This document shows positions 9,288-18,467 of a DNA stretch of 64,000 bases, piece by piece (position 1 is the first letter of the stretch; every line of letters begins with the position of its first letter). The notes beneath the pieces were generated by a model. That model worked only from the letters and a program-made list of their open reading frames with translations, had not been told where the DNA came from and ran no database searches. A program made the translations under genes and the position numbers. This DNA comes from Zetaproteobacteria bacterium (GTDB taxonomy: Bacteria > Pseudomonadota > Zetaproteobacteria > Mariprofundales > Mariprofundaceae). Location: contig JAJRTF010000109.1 in the NCBI GenBank assembly GCA_021545585.1, positions 2,524 to 66,523 of the forward strand, written 5' to 3'.

Positions 9288-10280
9288 TTATTCCTGCCAT
9301 GGCAGAGCATGACCTGCAGGCCTTGGCAGTACCGGCAGTGTGATCTGCGGCATCTCGCCGGTCAGGGTTTTGAGAAATGCAACGATATCGGCGATATCGT
9401 TATTTTTAAGTCTCGTATCCAGCTGCACTCGGGCCATGGTTTTGACTGCTTCTTCCAGAGTTGCCGCCGAACCATCATGGAAGTAGGGCGCTGTCATGGC
9501 TACATTGCGCCAGGACTGAACACGGAATACATGCTCGTCATCCGATTTTCCGGTCACCGACTTAAGACCGTGGTCTTTGCCGTAGTCGAATTTCACGAAA
9601 TCGTTGCTGGTGAACAATGGTCCGGCATGACAGGAGGTGCAGCCGATATCGGCCACCTTTTGCATGCCGCGCTTGGCTGCCGCCGAAATATCACCTTCGC
9701 CGCGTACGAAACGATCGAAGGGCGCATTCGGTGTAATCAGGGTGCGCTCGAAGGCGGCAATAGCTTTGGCTGTGTTGTCGAAAGTAAGGCTGTTTTTACC
9801 GAATGCCTTGTTGAACAGCGGCTCATAGCCGGCTTCGGTCAATCTGGATATTGCATCGGCTTCACTACCCAATGCCATTTCAACGGGGTTTAACGGCGGG
9901 CCTTTTGCCTGATCCTCAAGCATTGGTGCACGCCCATCCCAGAACTGCCTGGACCAGAATGCGGCATTCAGTACGGTTGGTGCATTGCGGCCACCGCGCT
10001 GCCAGCGATGGCCGATCGAGAATTTCTGGTTATCCACGCCCCATGTAGCGAGGTTATGGCAGGAATTGCAGGAAAAATGGCCGCTTCTGGACAGGGCCGG
10101 TTCGAAGTACAATTTTTTGCCCAATTCGACTCGATCTGAGGTAGTTGGATTATTGGCCGGTTCAGGCACGACAGTTGGCAGGGCCCCCATGCCATCGGGG
10201 ATAGTGGCAGCTGATGCTGCAGAAATGCCCGTTATGAAAGCCATGCCTAACACCCAACTCATTATGATTGATTTCATCAT
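9288..10280 (-). CDS. ccpA: di-heme cytochrome c peroxidase
   Basis: It has a signal peptide and two CxxCH motifs (CNSCH, CTSCH). The conserved W/PxxRNAPT (GGRNAPTVLNA) and MPQ-type C-terminus are typical of bacterial CCP/MauG. Confidence 0.85.
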   Translation of the reverse strand: MMKSIIMSWVLGMAFITGISAASAATIPDGMGALPTVVPEPANNPTTSDRVELGKKLYFEPALSRSGHFSCNSCHNLATWGVDNQKFSIGHRWQRGGRNAPTVLNAAFWSRQFWDGRAPMLEDQAKGPPLNPVEMALGSEADAISRLTEAGYEPLFNKAFGKNSLTFDNTAKAIAAFERTLITPNAPFDRFVRGEGDISAAAKRGMQKVADIGCTSCHAGPLFTSNDFVKFDYGKDHGLKSVTGKSDDEHVFRVQSWRNVAMTAPYFHDGSAATLEEAVKTMARVQLDTRLKNNDIADIVAFLKTLTGEMPQITLPVLPRPAGHALPWQE

Positions 10281-10348
10281 GCTCTCCTTTTATTTCTAGT
10301 AATGATTCCTAAATGAGATATTAGGCAGGTTTTTATTCTTGTCAACTA

Positions 10349-10362
10349 ATCCTATATAGGAT
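10349..10362. promoter_or_regulatory. perfect 14-bp palindrome ATCCTATATAGGAT in the ccp / fur-family divergent intergenic region (candidate operator)
   Basis: Read directly from the sequence. It lies 13 nt upstream of the Fur-family ATG. A second AT-rich, Fur-box-like element TAGTAATGATTCCT lies at 10297-10310, with an imperfect inverted copy at 10358-10371. Confidence 0.3.
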
Positions 10363-10374
10363 AAATTACTACTT

Positions 10375-10806
10375 ATGAAGCAGCAACCAGCATCTCCGTC
10401 TATTGAATCCAGATTGCGCCAATGCGGCATGCGTATGACCCCACAACGTCTGGCTGTAGCTGAATTAATGCTTGGTGCTCCTACCCATATGATGCCTCAG
10501 GAGGTGTACGAAATCCTGCATCAGCAGCTACCCTCGCTGTCTCCGAATACCATCTATATGACTCTGGATCATTTTGAGCAGGCCGGTTTGCTGAAAAAGA
10601 TATTTATTGATGGCAAGGCTGTGTTCGATAGCTGTACGGATCGGCACGATCATGCTGTCTGTCGCAATTGCGGCACGATCCGGGATGTTCCATGTGGCAG
10701 TATTGAACATACGCCGTTGACGCTGAAGCGTTGGCATATTCATGCCGAAAGTCGCGTCTGGTCAGGCCTTTGTCCTGCATGTTCCGAGATGGAAAAACCT
10801 TCCTGA
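10375..10806 (+). CDS. Fur-family metalloregulator (PerR/Fur-like)
   Basis: It has a winged-helix N-terminus (MTPQRLAVAELM...), an HDH motif (DRHDHAVC) and two CxxC pairs (CRNCG, CPAC). It is divergent from a peroxidase gene. Confidence 0.8.
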   Translation: MKQQPASPSIESRLRQCGMRMTPQRLAVAELMLGAPTHMMPQEVYEILHQQLPSLSPNTIYMTLDHFEQAGLLKKIFIDGKAVFDSCTDRHDHAVCRNCGTIRDVPCGSIEHTPLTLKRWHIHAESRVWSGLCPACSEMEKPS

Positions 10807-10853
10807 CGGACGGCGCGCAATGAGCCTTGTATGGTGGATGAGTTCGTACACAG

Positions 10854-11639
10854 TCAGGGGCGAAGGTGTTTGGCCATCAGATGCAGCGCCAGGGAGCGGG
10901 GCGTTGTTCGTTGCATGAGATATAGCAGCTTGTGCCGCCAGCCGGGGACACAGTAACCGCCACCTTTCTTCAGGGTATTGAGCGATGCATGCACAATCAT
11001 ATCGCTGGCTGCACGGAAGAAGCTTCCAGGCCCCATAGGCATGCCGCTGACATCACGAAAGCCGGTTGGCGAGGGACCGGGCGCCAATGTGACAATGCTG
11101 ATCTGGCCGCACATCTCTATGCGCAGGGCTTCGCTCCAGTAGGACAGGGCTGCCTTGGCGGCTGCATAGGTGCTCATGTACGGGAGAGGAGATTCACCAG
11201 CCAGTGAGGACACATTGATGATGAATCCGTGGTTGGCCCGGAGTCTGGGCAATAGCGCATGGGCCAGTGCGATGGGCGCCTTCAGGTCGGTTTTAATGAC
11301 ATCAATCTGTGGCACAATGCCGGTTTTTTCAAAACTGCCCCAGATACCGAATCCGGCATTGTTTACCAATCCGTATAAATCTGCATCGGCAACCCCGGCC
11401 AGTAGTGATGTGAGGCCATCCCTGGCATTTAGATCAGCCAGTATGGTGCTGTGTCGTTCGGGATGTTTCAGGCTGTCGAGGGTGAGTTGCAGGCGGGCAG
11501 CATCGCGTCCATGCAGAATGAGCGTATAACCCATCGGTTCGAGTTGTTTGGCATACTCTAGACCGAAGCCACCCGAAGCCCCGGTAATCAGGATTGATTT
11601 CAATGTTTTCTGATTCGAGTCCGTTGAGGGTTCAGGCAT
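10854..11639 (-). CDS. short-chain dehydrogenase/reductase (SDR)
   Basis: TGASGGFG Rossmann motif, NNAG, and YxxxK (YAAAK). I prefer the ATG at 11639 (MPEPST...), which overlaps the upstream gene's stop by 8 nt, over the track start at 11708. Confidence 0.75.
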   Translation of the reverse strand: MPEPSTDSNQKTLKSILITGASGGFGLEYAKQLEPMGYTLILHGRDAARLQLTLDSLKHPERHSTILADLNARDGLTSLLAGVADADLYGLVNNAGFGIWGSFEKTGIVPQIDVIKTDLKAPIALAHALLPRLRANHGFIINVSSLAGESPLPYMSTYAAAKAALSYWSEALRIEMCGQISIVTLAPGPSPTGFRDVSGMPMGPGSFFRAASDMIVHASLNTLKKGGGYCVPGWRHKLLYLMQRTTPRSLALHLMAKHLRP

Positions 11640-12465
11640 CGATTGTATCCATAATCGGCAGCATGTGGCGCTGTTTTTTGCTGAAAGCGGCGATGCCGGT
11701 GACACCACAGGCTGTCAGCATCTTCAGGCAGGTTTGCATGCCATGCCCAACCTCGCCGGGGGCATGCGCATCGGAGCCGAAGGCAAAGGGGATACCCATA
11801 TCGGCGGCTCTGGCGATGATACGACCGTGCGGGTAGACCTCGGCAACCGGTTTGCGTAGACCGGCCGAACTGATCTCCAGCGCTGCTCCTGAGGCTTTAA
11901 CGGCTTTTAACATCAATGTTTCGGCTTCTTCGACTCGCTGGCTGTCGACAGGCGCGCGATGGCCTAATTTCTTGATCAGGTCGGGGTGGCCGATGATATC
12001 AAACATGCCGGTATCGGCGGATTGTCCGACCAGCTCGAAATAGGCGCAGTAGGCATCCTCGATATCCCAGCTGTCCCAGGTCGCAACGGTGTCCGGATTA
12101 TCAAAGCCCCAGTTGCCGATATAGTGCACCGAACCGATGACATAGTCCCAGTCGTGTGCCGCAATCATATCCTCGACATAGGCTTCGCTTCCGGGATGGA
12201 AATCGGCTTCAAGCCCGCAGCGCAGTGTTAACTGGTCCATAAAACGCCGGCGGGCGCTATCAAGCTCTTTCAGATAATCGCGCAGTTCATCATGCTGCAT
12301 GCGCCATTGCCTGTCGAAACCGCCGGGCATCGGCGAATGATCCGACATGCCGATCTCTGTGAGGCCGAGCTGGATGGCTGCTTCTGCGTAATCGGCGATG
12401 GTGCCGATCGCATGATTACAGCGCGGCGTATGCATATGATAATCGGGAACCGGTTGGTAAGGCAT
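11632..12465 (-). CDS. PHP-family histidinol-phosphatase (HisJ/HisK type)
   Basis: The N-terminal DYHMHTPRCNHA metal-binding motif and further PHP His/Asp motifs (GMSDH, GSVH, GHPD, GSDAH). Confidence 0.75.
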   Translation of the reverse strand: MPYQPVPDYHMHTPRCNHAIGTIADYAEAAIQLGLTEIGMSDHSPMPGGFDRQWRMQHDELRDYLKELDSARRRFMDQLTLRCGLEADFHPGSEAYVEDMIAAHDWDYVIGSVHYIGNWGFDNPDTVATWDSWDIEDAYCAYFELVGQSADTGMFDIIGHPDLIKKLGHRAPVDSQRVEEAETLMLKAVKASGAALEISSAGLRKPVAEVYPHGRIIARAADMGIPFAFGSDAHAPGEVGHGMQTCLKMLTACGVTGIAAFSKKQRHMLPIMDTIDA

Positions 12466-12585
12466 GTGGGTATGCTAAATCGGCACAGGCTCATGGGAAA
12501 GCGCCAAGTCACTGGTTGATGTTTGCGGCGAATGAAAAGGGTTTGACACTAAGGCATTAATTTGCACACTTCGCGGCTCTTCAAC

Positions 12586-12661
12586 GCGCCTATAGCTCAG
12601 TTGGTAGAGTAGCGGACTTTTAATCCGTGGGCCCTTGGTTCGAGTCCAAGTGGGCGCACCA
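12586..12661 (+). tRNA. tRNA-Lys (anticodon UUU)
   Basis: Cloverleaf drawn by hand. The acceptor GCGCCTA pairs with TGGGCGC. The D arm is GCTCAGTTGGTAGAGT, the anticodon loop CTTTTAA and the T arm GGTTCGAGTCC. CCA is encoded. Confidence 0.9.
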
Positions 12662-12671
12662 TTGAGCAAAA

Positions 12672-12701
12672 AGCACCTGTGGCAACGCAGGTGCTTTTTT
12701 G
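12672..12701. terminator. intrinsic (possibly bidirectional) terminator after tRNA-Lys
   Basis: AGCACCTG-8 nt loop-CAGGTGCT followed by TTTTTT, with an A-run on the 5' side. Confidence 0.65.
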
Positions 12702-12705
12702 TTGT

Positions 12706-12981
12706 CTATTTGCTTATCTCTGAAGACCCGCGAAGCATGGCCTCCTTTTCGTATTTGGACATTTTTTTAATGGTTGACTCAAGCTTCAGGGCGGCGGCCC
12801 GCTCGCCGACGGCCTGTTTGAATACCAGGCTCAGCGGCCCTTTGCCGCGCAGGTATTTGGCTCCCTTGCCGGCCGTGTGCTCCTTAAAGCGCCGCTCCAC
12901 ATCGGTGCTGATGCCGGTATACAGATGCCCGGCAGCCGTGCGGACCAGATATATAAACCATGTATGCTCAGTCATGCTCAA
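12706..12981 (-). CDS. GIY-YIG nuclease-superfamily small protein (YhbQ/UPF0213-like)
   Basis: 91 aa with [26 protein letters not shown], i.e. the GIY...YTG...R..EH signature. Its start overlaps the GT2 stop by 14 nt. Confidence 0.8.
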   Translation of the reverse strand: MSMTEHTWFIYLVRTAAGHLYTGISTDVERRFKEHTAGKGAKYLRGKGPLSLVFKQAVGERAAALKLESTIKKMSKYEKEAMLRGSSEISK

Positions 12982-14227
12982 ACCTTTCTGTATCCATCCG
13001 GCGCATGAGCATGAGCAGGGAGCGAAGGTCCGAACTCCGGTTCGGAAGCCCCATGCCTCCGAGCAACTGCGCTAAAGCCTGCTCAATCGCTATCTGTCCG
13101 TCATCTCGATTCACATAACGCCATGCCGTCAGTCCGTCGAACCAGGTGAAAAACCGGGCTGCGAATGTCTGCGGACTGGCGGCGTGCCGGCGCATATTTT
13201 CTGCTGCCTGAACAATACCGGCCTGATCAAGAAATATAGCCAGTGCTTCGGGCAGTGTTTTCAGCCATGGCCCGGTTGGCATGTGATAGAGCTGCGATAG
13301 CGCTTCCCGCATGCATTTCAATTCATCAAACACCCTCGGGTCTGCAACCGGCCAGAGCTTTTCCGTGCCATGGTAGAAAACGCCGATCGTCTGCCCGGTT
13401 CCGAAAGGTGTTCGTGAAGATATGCGGGCGGATGGATAAACGCATACATTCGGGATATGCCCCAGCGGTTTTTCCCTGGCCAGTTTGTGCAGAAAGTAGA
13501 AATCCTCGCCTGCCTTGCGCCTGTTCATGCCGTGGTGGCGGGCACAGGCATTGGCTCGCACGGCAAAGCAGGATCCTATGGAAGTAAAGGCATAGGGGAG
13601 CCCGGCATGTCTCCAGCCCAGTTCTACATAACGCAGGAACAGCTCATAACAGATCATGGCCTGCAGGTGCCTTGGATCATCAATCTCTTCCAGCCGGTGG
13701 GCATAGGCAAGGGTGGCCGCATGCATATCATGATGTGCTTCAAATGAAGCGATCAGGCCGGATATGTAGTTTTTCGAGACGAGGCAATCAGCATCCAGCG
13801 AGGCAATGATGCCGTCTGGCCTGTCGACAATGGCAAAGCGGTGCATAGCCTCATCCATGGCGATTTTTCGTGCCAGCCCGACCCCGGCTGTTTTGACCGG
13901 TAGATCAAAGGCATCGATTGGATATAACTGGAATGTGGATGAGGAGTGCTGTGTCTGCCATTGCCGGAGTTGCTCGATGGTCTTTGCATTGGCCGCCCTG
14001 ATGGCAGCTGATGCATGCTCCGAGTGATTGACAATAACAAGGATTTCCACTGCCGTATCTGGCATAGTTTGGCCGAGGGTCTGATCGTGCAGCTGTTTGA
14101 GCAGTAGCGACAGATTCGGCTCGTCCAGGCAGGGAATGACGATGGACAGGGCCAGCCGGGGATGAGGTGTTTTGGCGATACGGGGCTGCATCTGTTGCTG
14201 CTCCAGATAACGATTCAAATAATGCAT
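12968..14227 (-). CDS. family-2 (GT-A) glycosyltransferase, unknown acceptor
   Basis: 419 aa with an N-terminal [12 protein letters not shown] motif and a later DAD (ASLDADCLV) DxD-type motif. The start could be the Met at 14191. Confidence 0.6.
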   Translation of the reverse strand: MHYLNRYLEQQQMQPRIAKTPHPRLALSIVIPCLDEPNLSLLLKQLHDQTLGQTMPDTAVEILVIVNHSEHASAAIRAANAKTIEQLRQWQTQHSSSTFQLYPIDAFDLPVKTAGVGLARKIAMDEAMHRFAIVDRPDGIIASLDADCLVSKNYISGLIASFEAHHDMHAATLAYAHRLEEIDDPRHLQAMICYELFLRYVELGWRHAGLPYAFTSIGSCFAVRANACARHHGMNRRKAGEDFYFLHKLAREKPLGHIPNVCVYPSARISSRTPFGTGQTIGVFYHGTEKLWPVADPRVFDELKCMREALSQLYHMPTGPWLKTLPEALAIFLDQAGIVQAAENMRRHAASPQTFAARFFTWFDGLTAWRYVNRDDGQIAIEQALAQLLGGMGLPNRSSDLRSLLMLMRRMDTERFEHD

Positions 14228-14241
14228 AATGAGGGACTAAG

Positions 14242-14826
14242 ATGGCGAAGAAGTCGGTGGATTTGAAGTGCGGGACGCCCGGGGCATGGCTGGATGCGGT
14301 GATGGCGGATTTCCCCCGCTTTCTTGCCGACCATGCCAATTGTGAGCGCAAGGCCAGCTCCACGGCCATGAGCATGGTTGTCCGCTTCCATGATCGCCAT
14401 GAAATCATATCGACGCTGACCGACCTTGCCATTGAGGAACTGGAACATTTCAGGGCATGCTATCGTCTGATGCAGGCAAGGGGTATTCCCATGCTGGCCG
14501 ATAGCCCTGATCCGTATATCAAGGCGCTGTTGAAACTGCAACGGCACGGCCGCGAAGAACACTTTCTTGATCTGCTGCTTATTGCCTCCATTGTTGAAAC
14601 GCGCGGTGGTGAGCGTTTTCGACTGGTCAGTGAAGCCAGTGCGGATGAAGAGATTGCCCGTTTTTATAAGGACCTGTGGGCCTGCGAAGCCCGCCATGCA
14701 CATGTCTATGCCGATATGGCGCTGACCTATTTCGATGTCGAGAGCGTCTATATGCGACTTAATGAGCTGGCCGCTGAAGAGGCGGAGATTGTACAGCGCT
14801 TACCCAGTCGTGCGGCCCTGTATTAG
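14242..14826 (+). CDS. miaE: tRNA-(ms2io6A37) hydroxylase MiaE (di-iron)
   Basis: 194 aa. The LADHANCERKASSTAM and EELEHF / ARHAH helices match the MiaE ferritin-like di-iron motif. Confidence 0.75.
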   Translation: MAKKSVDLKCGTPGAWLDAVMADFPRFLADHANCERKASSTAMSMVVRFHDRHEIISTLTDLAIEELEHFRACYRLMQARGIPMLADSPDPYIKALLKLQRHGREEHFLDLLLIASIVETRGGERFRLVSEASADEEIARFYKDLWACEARHAHVYADMALTYFDVESVYMRLNELAAEEAEIVQRLPSRAALY

Positions 14827-14918
14827 AGCCTGCTCGTTTGGATCGGCGGGGATGTTGAAACGATAGCTTTTCTGTCTGCTATACTCGGTAAAGCATCTGT
14901 ATTGACTGGAGGCCTGCG

Positions 14919-15698
14919 ATGAAAAGAGTGCTGCTTGGACTGCTTGCTGTTGTCATCGTGATTGCTGGCGGACTGGTGTATGTATGGTCATCGCTGGATG
15001 GTATCGTTAAGGATGCTATCCAGACCTATGGTTCCGAAGCCACGAAAACCGTGGTGAGCGTGGCTGATGTAAGCATTAAACTGGAATCCGGCGAAGGGGC
15101 TATCTCCGGCCTGAATGTAGGCAATCCAAAGGGGTTTACCAACCCGAATATCTTTCAACTTGGCAAAATAAGCACGAAAATAGATACTGCTACGGTAACC
15201 GAAAATCCGATCGTGATTGATGAACTGATTATCCGTGACCCGGTTGTTTTTTACGAGATCGATGAGGATGGCTTGTCGAATGTGGATGCAATGAAAAAGA
15301 ATCTGGGCCTGTCATCCGGGCAGGGCAGCAGCACCAGCGGGGATAAGAGTGGTGAGCCGATAAAGATGATTATCCGAAAACTCGTTGTTGAGGGTGGCCA
15401 GGCCAGGGTGTTGATCGCGGCCTTGGGTGATAAGGAACAGACGGTCACACTGCCGAAGATTCACTTGAATGATGTCGGTAAGAAAAGCGGTGGCGCCACA
15501 TCTCTGGAGGTTGCGCAGATATTGTCCAATGCGCTGCTGAAGAATGTCAAAGGCTCGGTGATTCGTATCGGTGTGAGTCAATATCTGGGTAAATCAGCCA
15601 TTTTTTTTACAAAAGGACCGCTTGGCGAGGTGCGAGGGGCTATCATAGACGCTCCTGCCGGTGTGGGCGGTGCATTGAAGGGGCTACTCGGTCAATAA
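14919..15698 (+). CDS. membrane-anchored hypothetical protein (AsmA N-terminal-like)
   Basis: 259-aa ORF with a single N-terminal TM helix followed by a repetitive beta-rich region resembling the start of AsmA/DUF748 proteins. The function is not supported beyond that. Confidence 0.4.
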   Translation: MKRVLLGLLAVVIVIAGGLVYVWSSLDGIVKDAIQTYGSEATKTVVSVADVSIKLESGEGAISGLNVGNPKGFTNPNIFQLGKISTKIDTATVTENPIVIDELIIRDPVVFYEIDEDGLSNVDAMKKNLGLSSGQGSSTSGDKSGEPIKMIIRKLVVEGGQARVLIAALGDKEQTVTLPKIHLNDVGKKSGGATSLEVAQILSNALLKNVKGSVIRIGVSQYLGKSAIFFTKGPLGEVRGAIIDAPAGVGGALKGLLGQ

Positions 15699-15839
15699 CC
15701 CGCATGAGTGTTGTTGTCGGCGCACGTTTAGAGTCCCCGATAGGGGATCAGTAAACCCCTCACCTTTAGGCGACGGATAGGTAGTTTTCCATGGTATGCA
15801 AGACTATAAGCGTGGCAGCCACACAGTATGGGATTGTAA

Positions 15840-15998
15840 ATATTGTTCTGCTCATTGTACGGGGCTGGCGATGAGTGGCATCAGTCATTTGTTGCAGGTC
15901 GCGATGCCAGTGCCTGGGACTGGCTAGCCGATACGCTCGGTGCTATGTTGTTCAGCGGTATTCGCCTGAATGCCGGGAGGATGGCGTCACGAACATAG
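15840..15998 (+). pseudogene. VanZ-like C-terminal remnant (no start codon; frame opens just after a TAA)
   Basis: The frame translates to ...SLYGAGDEWHQSFVAGRDASAWDWLADTLGAMLFSG..., matching the VanZ motif DE.hQ.f.pgR..s..D..aN..Ga. Only 52 codons are open. Confidence 0.3.
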
Positions 15999-16018
15999 CT
16001 GGGGTTCAGGGAGGGAGC

Positions 16019-17578
16019 ATGTCGAATACGTGGATACTTACGGCTGCGCAGATGCGCTGGGCCGATCAGGAGACTATCGAGGCCGGTGACACCACCGGCT
16101 ATGAACTGATGGATCGGGCCGGCCGGGCTGTTGCTGCAAGTGTGCTGGAGTGTATCCCTGATTATGGCCGAGTCCTGATTGTGGCAGGCCCGGGCAATAA
16201 TGGTGGTGATGGTTTTGCAACCGCGTATTATTTGAGAAACCGGCGTATCCCGGTGACCGTTGTGACCCTTTTTCCAAGTGACCAGTTAAGCGGTGACAGT
16301 TTACGGCATGCCAAGCGGGCGATGGAAGCCGAGGTCAAGGTGCGTGAGGTGTCCAGCAGTGAGACATTGAGCGAGCTGGATCGCTGGCTGGCGCGTTCGG
16401 TGATGGTGGTGGATGCCATCTTTGGAACCGGTCTGGTTCGGCCGCTGAGCGGTTATATGATTGAAGCTGTGGAGCGTATCAATACCTGGGAACGCCCGGT
16501 ATTGAGCATTGATATAGTCAGCGGGCTTGAGAGTGATACCGGTGCGGTGATGGGGGCTGCAATCCGGGCTGACTGGACCGTACCCATTGCCGCCTGCAAA
16601 TGGGGGCACTGGTTGGGAGAAGGCCGGGATTATTCCGGGCAGGTGTTAGACGCAGTGCCCATTGGTATCAGTGATGCAACATTGTCTGCGGCTTACGCAG
16701 CCGAAGCGAATGGCCTGCAGCGCGCTCTGTTGATTGATGATGAGGTGCTGGAGACGGCCTGGCCGCCGAGGAAACGTATGTCGCATAAGGGTGACTACGG
16801 TCACGTGTGGATATTCGGTGGGTCGGCCGGCTATACAGGCGCTCCGAAGCTTGCGGCCCTCGGCGCAAGTTCAGCCGGAGCCGGGTTGGTAAGCATTGTC
16901 TGCCCCGATGATATCTGGTCGGTGGTGGCTGCCGGCAGTCTGGAGGTGATGGTGCACCCGGAAAGTACGGCGCCATGGCAACAGCCTGACACCAATGTCG
17001 GTGCTATTGTGGCCGGGCCCGGCTGGGGGAAGGCGCGTTCGCAGTGCCTGATGCAGTTGCTGGCAACCGACAAGCCGCTGGTGCTGGATGCCGATGCGCT
17101 GAACATGATCGCTGAAGATGAATCCTTGCAGACACTGGTTGCCGACCGTTCGGCATTAACTGTTTTAACCCCGCATCCGGGCGAGGCGGCACGCCTTTTA
17201 GGCATATCGGTGCAGGAGGTTCAGGCTGAGCGTAAGAACTCCATTCTGGCGCTGACCAGGCGCTATCATTGCTGGGTGATTCTGAAAGGGAATGAAACGC
17301 TGGTCGGATCAACTGACAATGAGGTGTTTTTATCGCCGTTCGGTTCTCCGCAGATGGCCGTGGCAGGATGCGGTGATGTACTTTCCGGGGTCATTGCAGC
17401 GCAACTGGTCATGGCCAGGGCTCGCGAGGAGGGTAACGCTGCGATAGAAGCCTGCATGACTGCAGCCGTAGCATTACATGGTTTGGCGGGAGAAGAGCAT
17501 GGCTGGCATCTGGCAGGCGAGCTTGCTGAGCGGATTGCCTGTCTGCGTCAGGGTATTGAACGGCGGGAGGAAGGTTGA
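16019..17578 (+). CDS. nnr: bifunctional NAD(P)H-hydrate repair enzyme Nnr (epimerase + ADP-dependent dehydratase)
   Basis: It has a YjeF-N domain (GPGNNGGDG) and a C-terminal carbohydrate-kinase domain (GGSAGYTGAP, GPGWG, GCGDVLSG). The ATG at 16019 follows GGGAGGGAG. Confidence 0.85.
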   Translation: MSNTWILTAAQMRWADQETIEAGDTTGYELMDRAGRAVAASVLECIPDYGRVLIVAGPGNNGGDGFATAYYLRNRRIPVTVVTLFPSDQLSGDSLRHAKRAMEAEVKVREVSSSETLSELDRWLARSVMVVDAIFGTGLVRPLSGYMIEAVERINTWERPVLSIDIVSGLESDTGAVMGAAIRADWTVPIAACKWGHWLGEGRDYSGQVLDAVPIGISDATLSAAYAAEANGLQRALLIDDEVLETAWPPRKRMSHKGDYGHVWIFGGSAGYTGAPKLAALGASSAGAGLVSIVCPDDIWSVVAAGSLEVMVHPESTAPWQQPDTNVGAIVAGPGWGKARSQCLMQLLATDKPLVLDADALNMIAEDESLQTLVADRSALTVLTPHPGEAARLLGISVQEVQAERKNSILALTRRYHCWVILKGNETLVGSTDNEVFLSPFGSPQMAVAGCGDVLSGVIAAQLVMARAREEGNAAIEACMTAAVALHGLAGEEHGWHLAGELAERIACLRQGIERREEG

Positions 17579-17690
17579 AGTCAGGATGGCCAGCGAATTT
17601 GCTTTGCAGGAGCGACGAGTCAAATGGACATGCATGAGGGGCAGTGCTATAAACTCGGCTATGATGTCAGAGAGAGAGGATTGATCTGAT

Positions 17691-18077
17691 ATGAGAAGTC
17701 GTTTGCCAACTTCCCAGGGGCCCTTGTCGCCGAGAGTTTCCATTTATCGCTGGCAGCCTGCAATGATTGCCAGCTTTGCCCACCGGGTCAGCGGCCTTGT
17801 GCTGGTACTGTTTGTGCCTCTTTATCTGTGGCTCTTGCACGGTATGACCGGCAGTCCGGAAGATTTCAATCAGGTCTATGCGTGGATGCATTCATTTCTC
17901 GGCAAGCTGTCATTGTGGCTGGTTGGCGTGGCACTGGTGTATCATTTCTCCAATGGCCTGCGCTTTCTGAGCCTGGATGCCGGCTGGTGCGAAAGCAGAG
18001 AGATGATGCGTTTATCAGCCAGGATTGTGCTGGGGATTGCAGTACTGGCAGCCATCATTCTGGCGGTCCTGTTATGA
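17691..18077 (+). CDS. sdhC: succinate dehydrogenase cytochrome b556 subunit
   Basis: 128 aa with 3 TM helices, RPLSPRVSIYRW and the HR.SG motif; first gene of the sdh cluster. Confidence 0.8.
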   Translation: MRSRLPTSQGPLSPRVSIYRWQPAMIASFAHRVSGLVLVLFVPLYLWLLHGMTGSPEDFNQVYAWMHSFLGKLSLWLVGVALVYHFSNGLRFLSLDAGWCESREMMRLSARIVLGIAVLAAIILAVLL

Positions 18078-18436
18078 AGCTGACCAAAGAGCCGGGATCA
18101 GCACGTAGCGGTATTGATGACTGGTACTGGCAACGCCTGTCCGCAGTCATGCTGGCGCTTCTGTTGCCGCTTCCATTTGTCCTGATTATTTCTGTCTATA
18201 GCGGTGGCGTGGATCAGCTTGGATTGCTGGATTTGCTCGATCATTTTGTTTCACGCCTGTTGCATACACTACTGATTCTGGCTCTGATCGTGCATGCCTA
18301 TATGGGGTTGAAGGTGATTTTCGAGGATTATGTGCAGCAGATCGGCTGGCGTGTAACCCTGATTGCCGGCATGCTGGTTGTGATGTCCGGCTTTGGCCTC
18401 TGGTGGCTGGCCATTATCTGGGCCTGGGGCGGATAA
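18074..18436 (+). CDS. sdhD: succinate dehydrogenase hydrophobic membrane anchor
   Basis: 120 aa with 3 TM helices. The ATG at 18074 overlaps the sdhC stop (ATGA). The track ORF from 17828 is an in-frame upstream extension. Confidence 0.75.
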   Translation: MKLTKEPGSARSGIDDWYWQRLSAVMLALLLPLPFVLIISVYSGGVDQLGLLDLLDHFVSRLLHTLLILALIVHAYMGLKVIFEDYVQQIGWRVTLIAGMLVVMSGFGLWWLAIIWAWGG

Positions 18437-18467
18437 TGGGCGTGCAACATCTGAGGAGAACATTGTA

